DNA of 64,000 nt, from IMG/VR virus record IMGVR_UViG_3300046782_000843; one strand, written 5' to 3'. The first letter of the stretch is position 1. Each line of letters opens with the position of its first letter. This stretch comes from a virus. The notes below the pieces were generated by a model. The model was given only the letters and a program-made list of their open reading frames with translations. It searched no databases and was not told the DNA's origin. The translations under genes were made by a program, and so were the position numbers. This document shows positions 59,401 through 64,000 of this stretch, in pieces.

Positions 59401-61905
59401 TCACCCGCGGCCTTCCCGCGTGGCGACGAACTCGTAGGCGCCGATGGTACAGGGCCCTGCGGTCGGCCGCGGTCTGCCGGTGAGGTCGGTATTGATGTAG
59501 GCGACGCCGACCCCGGCGAGGATGGCGGGGCTGCCAGGCTTGACGGTGAAGTCATGGGTGGCCTCGTTGGTGAAGAGCGGGTTGGTCCCGTCGTCGAGGT
59601 TGTTGGTGTGGACGGTGGTGGTGCCCAGGTTCGCGTAGTCGTTGCCGTTGTTGTAGGCGATGTTGTTGCGGACGAGCGTGCCGACCGCCTGCGGCGTGGG
59701 GAGCGGGGGCAGCGGAGCGCGCCGCCGCAGGCTGCCCGCGCCGACCAGGATGCCGTACTGCGTGCAGGCGTAGACCGTGTTGTCCTGGACCTCGTTGTTC
59801 GAGGAGGCGATGGCCAGGCCCTGCCCCCCGGGGTCGGTCCCGGGGCCGAAGATGTTGTAGACCAGATTGTTGTAGATCCGGTTGTTGCTCCCCACGTTGA
59901 GGATGCCCCAGAGCTGCCCGATGTTCGAGTTGCGGGACTGGTCGTGGATGGTGCAGTTGCGGACGATGTTGTTGTCCGGCGACTGGCCGTCGTCGTTGAA
60001 GATGTGGACCCCGGCGCCCTTGTTGTCGCTGAGGTCGCAGCCGTCCACCAGGCAGTTCGGGCCCGCGAGGTAGATGGCGTAACCGTTGTGGGAGAAGTCG
60101 CCGTTAAAGGGACGGCCCCCGCCGGTGATGCGCAGGTTGATGAACTCGAACCCGCCGATGAGCGTCGGCAAGCCGCCGTGATACTCGATGCCGTGCGCCG
60201 CGAAGTCACTGAAGGCCGAGTTGTCGGTCCGCATCGCGATGATCGTGGCGTTCTTGATGCGGACGTGATGCGGCTCGCCGGAGGGGGAGGCGATGAAGGC
60301 GACTGTGTCGTAGACGCCCGCGGTCGAGCCGTCCATGTGGATGCCGTCGAACTCGATGTGGTGCTCTGCCCCAGTGTTGAAGCGGACGCACGCTCCGGGA
60401 TTGCCGGAGAGCGGCGTGGTGGGCTTCATCCAGACCACTTCGTTCTGGTAGGCGGCGATGCGGACCGGGTTGCTCCAGCTCGTGCCGCTCGGGCAGGAGT
60501 CGAGACCCTCGTCGTAGGTGCCGCCGCGGATAGAGAGGAGGTTCCCCGGCAGCAGGACCGAGACGCCCTTGGTGATGGTCCGGTAGGGCAGGGCCCAGGT
60601 GCCTGGGTTGGTGTCGAGGCCCGTGGTCGCGACGTAGCGGGCCAGTTCGAGGAGGGCGCCGGGGCTGGCGAGGCAGAGGCGCGCGGTGGTGGCGAGCGCG
60701 ATGCTGGTGTTGGCGAGGGTGCCGTAGGACTTGACCGCGAAGCTGGTGCTGGTGGCGAGCGCGGCGGCGACGCCGGTGGGCGGCAGGGCGGTCACCAAGA
60801 CGCGCAAGGACGCTGAGGCCGAGAGCACCGGGCTGCCGCCGCTGAGCGTCACCGAGGCCGTGAGGCGGAAGCTCGTGGCGACGCTGGTCAGGCGAGCGGC
60901 GATGCCCGCGGGCGGCAGGGCGGTGACCAGGACGCGCAGGGTCGCGGTGGCCGCGATCGGGTTGGCGAGGCTGGTCGCGGTGGCGTGCGTGCTGAGGCGC
61001 CAGGAGGAGGTGGCGGAGAGCACCGCGGCGACGCCAGCCAGGGCGGCCCGCCGGGTAGTGACGGCCAGGGTCGGCTGCGCCTCGAAGGCCGCGGGGATCG
61101 GCACCGGACGGTCGGGGTCGATCGGGAAGGGCCCGGTGCAGGGCGGGGCGCCCACCGCAGGGTCGATCGGGAAGGGCGCGCCGCACGCTTTCTCGTCCGC
61201 GTTGGCCGGGCGGGTCAGGGTTCCGCTGGTGTTGATCAGGACGGTGGCGGCGGCGACCAGGTCGGACAACGTCCCCCGGCTGGTCACCCGCAGCGTCGGG
61301 TGGGCGGCGAGCGCGGCACGAATGCCGGTCAGCCTCGCCCCGGTGGTGGTCACCGCCAAGGTCGCGTGCGCGACGAGCGCGGCCGCAGCGCCGAGGCTGG
61401 TGAGCGGCGGAGGCGTGACCAGGACGTGCAGGGTCGCCGAGGCGGTCAGGGCAGCCCCGGCGCCACTGAGGGCGCTGGCGGAGACGGTGAATGAGAGCGT
61501 GGCGTGCCCGGCGAGCTGGGCGGCGTTGCCCGTGAGGACGGCACCGGCGGTCGTGATGGAGACGGTCGCGGCGGAGGCCAGGGCGGCGGCGACGCCGGTC
61601 GGTGGACCCGCGGTGGTCGAGACGCGCAAGGACGCCGAGGCGGCGAACGACGCGGCGGGCTTGGTGAGGGCGGCCGTGGTCGCGAAGGCGATGGTCGCCT
61701 GGGCGAGGAACTGCGGGGGACCGGCGACGAAGCCCGCCGAGACGCTGAACGAGAAGGTGGCCGTGGAGGTGAGCTGGGCGGCGGGCTTGGTCAGCGCGCC
61801 GGTGGAGGAGACCGAGAGCCCGGCGCTGGCGGCGAGCGCGGCGGCGGTGCGCTGCCCGGTGCCTTGCGCGAAGTAAGGCGCCCCGAAGGGGAAGGCACCG
61901 AACAT
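59401..61905 (-). CDS. tailspike / depolymerase-like protein with C-terminal parallel beta-helix
   Basis: 834 aa. The N-terminal roughly 430 aa are Ala/Thr/Leu-rich periodic repeats. The C-terminal part has NN-rich beta-helix turns (NNIVRNCTIHD, NNRIYNNLVYN, NNEVQDNTVY, RNNIAYNNGND). Confidence 0.75.
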   Translation of the reverse strand: MFGAFPFGAPYFAQGTGQRTAAALAASAGLSVSSTGALTKPAAQLTSTATFSFSVSAGFVAGPPQFLAQATIAFATTAALTKPAASFAASASLRVSTTAGPPTGVAAALASAATVSITTAGAVLTGNAAQLAGHATLSFTVSASALSGAGAALTASATLHVLVTPPPLTSLGAAAALVAHATLAVTTTGARLTGIRAALAAHPTLRVTSRGTLSDLVAAATVLINTSGTLTRPANADEKACGAPFPIDPAVGAPPCTGPFPIDPDRPVPIPAAFEAQPTLAVTTRRAALAGVAAVLSATSSWRLSTHATATSLANPIAATATLRVLVTALPPAGIAARLTSVATSFRLTASVTLSGGSPVLSASASLRVLVTALPPTGVAAALATSTSFAVKSYGTLANTSIALATTARLCLASPGALLELARYVATTGLDTNPGTWALPYRTITKGVSVLLPGNLLSIRGGTYDEGLDSCPSGTSWSNPVRIAAYQNEVVWMKPTTPLSGNPGACVRFNTGAEHHIEFDGIHMDGSTAGVYDTVAFIASPSGEPHHVRIKNATIIAMRTDNSAFSDFAAHGIEYHGGLPTLIGGFEFINLRITGGGRPFNGDFSHNGYAIYLAGPNCLVDGCDLSDNKGAGVHIFNDDGQSPDNNIVRNCTIHDQSRNSNIGQLWGILNVGSNNRIYNNLVYNIFGPGTDPGGQGLAIASSNNEVQDNTVYACTQYGILVGAGSLRRRAPLPPLPTPQAVGTLVRNNIAYNNGNDYANLGTTTVHTNNLDDGTNPLFTNEATHDFTVKPGSPAILAGVGVAYINTDLTGRPRPTAGPCTIGAYEFVATREGRG

Positions 61906-61976
61906 GACGACCTGCTACGGCGTGGGCGTGTCGAGCCCCGCCAGCTGGTGGACGGACGTATCAGCCATTGCTGCCC

Positions 61977-63299
61977 TCACTGAATGGGAATGGAGATCGA
62001 CAAGGCCACTTGCACGGCGCCCGCAGGCCAGGGCGCGTTTTGCACGAGGTAGAGATCACAAGAGGTGGCCCCGGGTCCGGCCACATACGCCACACCACCG
62101 CTCCACCCACTGCCGACGGCCCCCGCGATGACCGGTATACAGGCGAAGGCCGCCGTGACGCCACTCGGGAACAAGAGCGTCAGGGAGGCGACCGACGCCC
62201 CAAGCGTGGCCGAGCCGAAGACCGTCAGTAGCATCGTCTTGCCGATGTAGCTGTATGAATAAGAACCGGTGAAGCCTGTGAGATAGCTCCCGAGCGCGGC
62301 CGACGTCCAGTGGCCGAGCGGCGTGGTGCGGCCCTTCTCCGTGAGGTCGCGCCCCACCAGGACATCCCCCGTCGGGCTCAGTACGAGCGGGCCAGGCGCC
62401 CCTGTGGTGACCCCACTGTCGGTGAGCGGGAGGACGTACATGAGCCCGCCAGAGAGCGCCATCTCCCAGAGCTGCTGGTTCGCGGGCATGGTGGTGTCCC
62501 GCCACATGAACCGGCCCTGCGTCCCACCCACCGACCGCACCTCTTGCCACCCGAGAAAGACATTCGTCGTCGCGTCCAGCCGGGGGATGTTCGCCGACAG
62601 GCGCGCGTCGGGGACGGTGCCGGTGGTGAGCGACCCGGGGAAGGAGACGTCACCGGTGGCGGCGATCTTGAACACCAGAACCGGCGTCGCCGGGTTCGCG
62701 CCTGTTGCCACCGTGAAAAAGCTGATCTCTCCATTCGACAGGGTGATCACCACCCCGAGCTTGGTGATGTCATCCCGCATCCACTGCCCGTTGAAGGAGA
62801 TGTTCTGGCTGAGCACTAGGTTGGCGGTGGGGTTGGGCGCCATGACGCGGCCCTTGGTCGTGTCCCCGGTCGACAGGACCTGCAGCTCGGCGCGGGCCGC
62901 GCTCACCAGCTGATTCTGGGTGAAGACGTTCGCCGCGTTGAGGAGCGCCACGTTGGCGGAGAGGCGCGTGTCGGCGACCGGCCCCTCCGCGTCAGTCAGG
63001 GTCTTGGCGGTGATGGTCGCGGCGACCTGGTCACCGACGACGATCGCGCGGGCGGGGCTGGGCGGTTCAGCGGCGCGGGCGATGGTGAGGACGTCCCCAG
63101 CGCGGGCGGTGACGCGGATGATCTCCGCGTTGGTCGCGAGCGCGATCACGCCCGTGGGCCAGACGGTGGCGTTGAAGGGGACGGCGGGGAAGCCTGCGCC
63201 TGCACCCGCCGAGAGCGTCAGCGAGGTGCCGGAGCTGGCGGGCGAGGGGGCGGTGGCGACCGTCGCGTAGGCGAAGTTGACATGCGCATCGAAGGCCAT
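61977..63299 (-). CDS. tail fibre protein
   Basis: 440 aa. The N-terminal FAYATVATAPSPASSGTSLTLSAGAGAGFPAVPFNATVWP...IIRVTARAGDVLTIAR pattern recurs in phage fibre/minor tail proteins (from memory, not searched). Confidence 0.65.
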   Translation of the reverse strand: MAFDAHVNFAYATVATAPSPASSGTSLTLSAGAGAGFPAVPFNATVWPTGVIALATNAEIIRVTARAGDVLTIARAAEPPSPARAIVVGDQVAATITAKTLTDAEGPVADTRLSANVALLNAANVFTQNQLVSAARAELQVLSTGDTTKGRVMAPNPTANLVLSQNISFNGQWMRDDITKLGVVITLSNGEISFFTVATGANPATPVLVFKIAATGDVSFPGSLTTGTVPDARLSANIPRLDATTNVFLGWQEVRSVGGTQGRFMWRDTTMPANQQLWEMALSGGLMYVLPLTDSGVTTGAPGPLVLSPTGDVLVGRDLTEKGRTTPLGHWTSAALGSYLTGFTGSYSYSYIGKTMLLTVFGSATLGASVASLTLLFPSGVTAAFACIPVIAGAVGSGWSGGVAYVAGPGATSCDLYLVQNAPWPAGAVQVALSISIPIQ

Positions 63300-63307
63300 G
63301 GGCTACG

Positions 63308-63748
63308 TCATTGGACCGTGATCTGCAGCGCCCCGGGCGCGAAGCTGGGTGCCGCGTCGCCGCTGTTGATCGTCTTGGGCGTCGTGAGCGCGTCCCAGAT
63401 CAGGAGGTTGCCCGCGGAGGCGGCGTCGAAGATGCCGAAGTGCGTCACCACGCCCCAGTTCGCGGAGGGGGCGGCGAAGGTGATCGCCACGGCGTTGGAT
63501 GTGAGCCCGCCGGTCCCCGAGGAGGCGCCGGAGGTCGTGCCGTGTGTGCCCATCCAGTTGGTATCGAGCGGGGCGAGGTTGACCCGGGCGTAGCTGCCTC
63601 CGGCCACCTCGGTCCCACCCCCGGCATCGCTGGGCGCGGCGGTGAAGAGTGCCACCCAGTTCCCGATCGGTTTCGCGAAGGTGGCCGAGCGGAAGAGGTG
63701 GTCGACCAGCTTGTTTTCGAGGTAATCCGAGGCTTGTGCGGTACCCAT
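63308..63748 (-). CDS. small tail-associated structural protein
   Basis: 146 aa with GGAG RBS. Begins YLENKLVDHLFRS...ALFTAAPSDAGGGTEV. Confidence 0.65.
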   Translation of the reverse strand: MGTAQASDYLENKLVDHLFRSATFAKPIGNWVALFTAAPSDAGGGTEVAGGSYARVNLAPLDTNWMGTHGTTSGASSGTGGLTSNAVAITFAAPSANWGVVTHFGIFDAASAGNLLIWDALTTPKTINSGDAAPSFAPGALQITVQ

Positions 63749-63761
63749 CGGTCAGGTCTCC

Positions 63762-64000
63762 TTAGAACGGCACGCCGAGGATGGTGAGGGTCGCGCCTGC
63801 CCCGATCGCGTAGAGGTCCGAGAGCTTGAGCGGGCCGGTCGAGAAGGGGCCCAGCGAGAGCGGCGCCGCGGTCAGGGCGATCGGCAGGCCCGTGGCCGCG
63901 GTGACGCCAGCGCTGCCCCCGATCGCGGCCGCCGCGCCAGAGGTGGAGAGGAGCAGCTGGCGATACGGGATGTTCTTCGCCTGGTCGACCACGCCGGGCG
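63762..64000 (-). CDS. C-terminal part of a structural-module ORF entering from the right edge
   Basis: The frame is open to base 64000. The track starts it at GTG 63992, but there is no upstream stop inside the window. Confidence 0.4.
   Translation of the reverse strand, partial: PGVVDQAKNIPYRQLLLSTSGAAAAIGGSAGVTAATGLPIALTAAPLSLGPFSTGPLKLSDLYAIGAGATLTILGVPF

Noticed and set aside
61906-61976. 17-codon ORF (MADTSVHQLAGLDTPTP) between the fibre and tailspike genes.
   Set aside because: It is too short and has no RBS. I treated it as intergenic.

Overview
This window is G+C-rich (about two-thirds by eye, not computed) and almost entirely coding. It reads as one tailed-phage or prophage-like genome segment with podovirus-style gene content.

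Layout:
1. 1-16258: a leftward packaging/head operon. It encodes a candidate TerS-like DNA binder, a Gly/Gln-rich protein, the large terminase, an RHH + metzincin-like peptidase + Zn-ribbon trio, the portal, a 912-aa protein, several small disordered proteins, a scaffold-like protein, and a capsid-like ORF cut by the left edge. Two reverse-oriented genes interrupt it.
2. 16259-17580: a 1.3-kb noncoding control region packed with iterons, palindromes and phased boxes.
3. 17581-46765: rightward early and replication genes.
   - About 30 small ORFs of unknown function.
   - A leftward RepA/AAA_25-like ATPase.
   - An Xre-type HTH, a Cas4-like Fe-S nuclease and a Sak4-like ATPase.
   - A cold-shock-domain protein and a PIF1-like helicase.
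   - A Cro-like HTH and an RHH.
   - A UDG4-exonuclease-PolA fusion.
   - A promoter-driven 3-gene module at the right end.
4. 46762-64000: leftward tail and internal-virion genes. These are an SLT-domain protein, Gly-rich proteins, a 1353-aa protein, a beta-helix tailspike and a tail fibre.

I saw no rRNA, tRNA, CRISPR array, IS element, integrase or recognisable holin/endolysin pair.

The strongest unexplained signals are regulatory:
- A GCATATGC-type palindromic box occurs in pairs around the -35 of four early promoters and again at late-gene starts.
- A lambda-like trio of 17-bp operators lies upstream of the Xre regulator.
- Two separate iteron clusters are candidate ori/pac sites.
- A 14-nt AT-rich repeat occurs 24 kb apart.

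All functional calls rest on motifs read by eye plus synteny. No database search was run.
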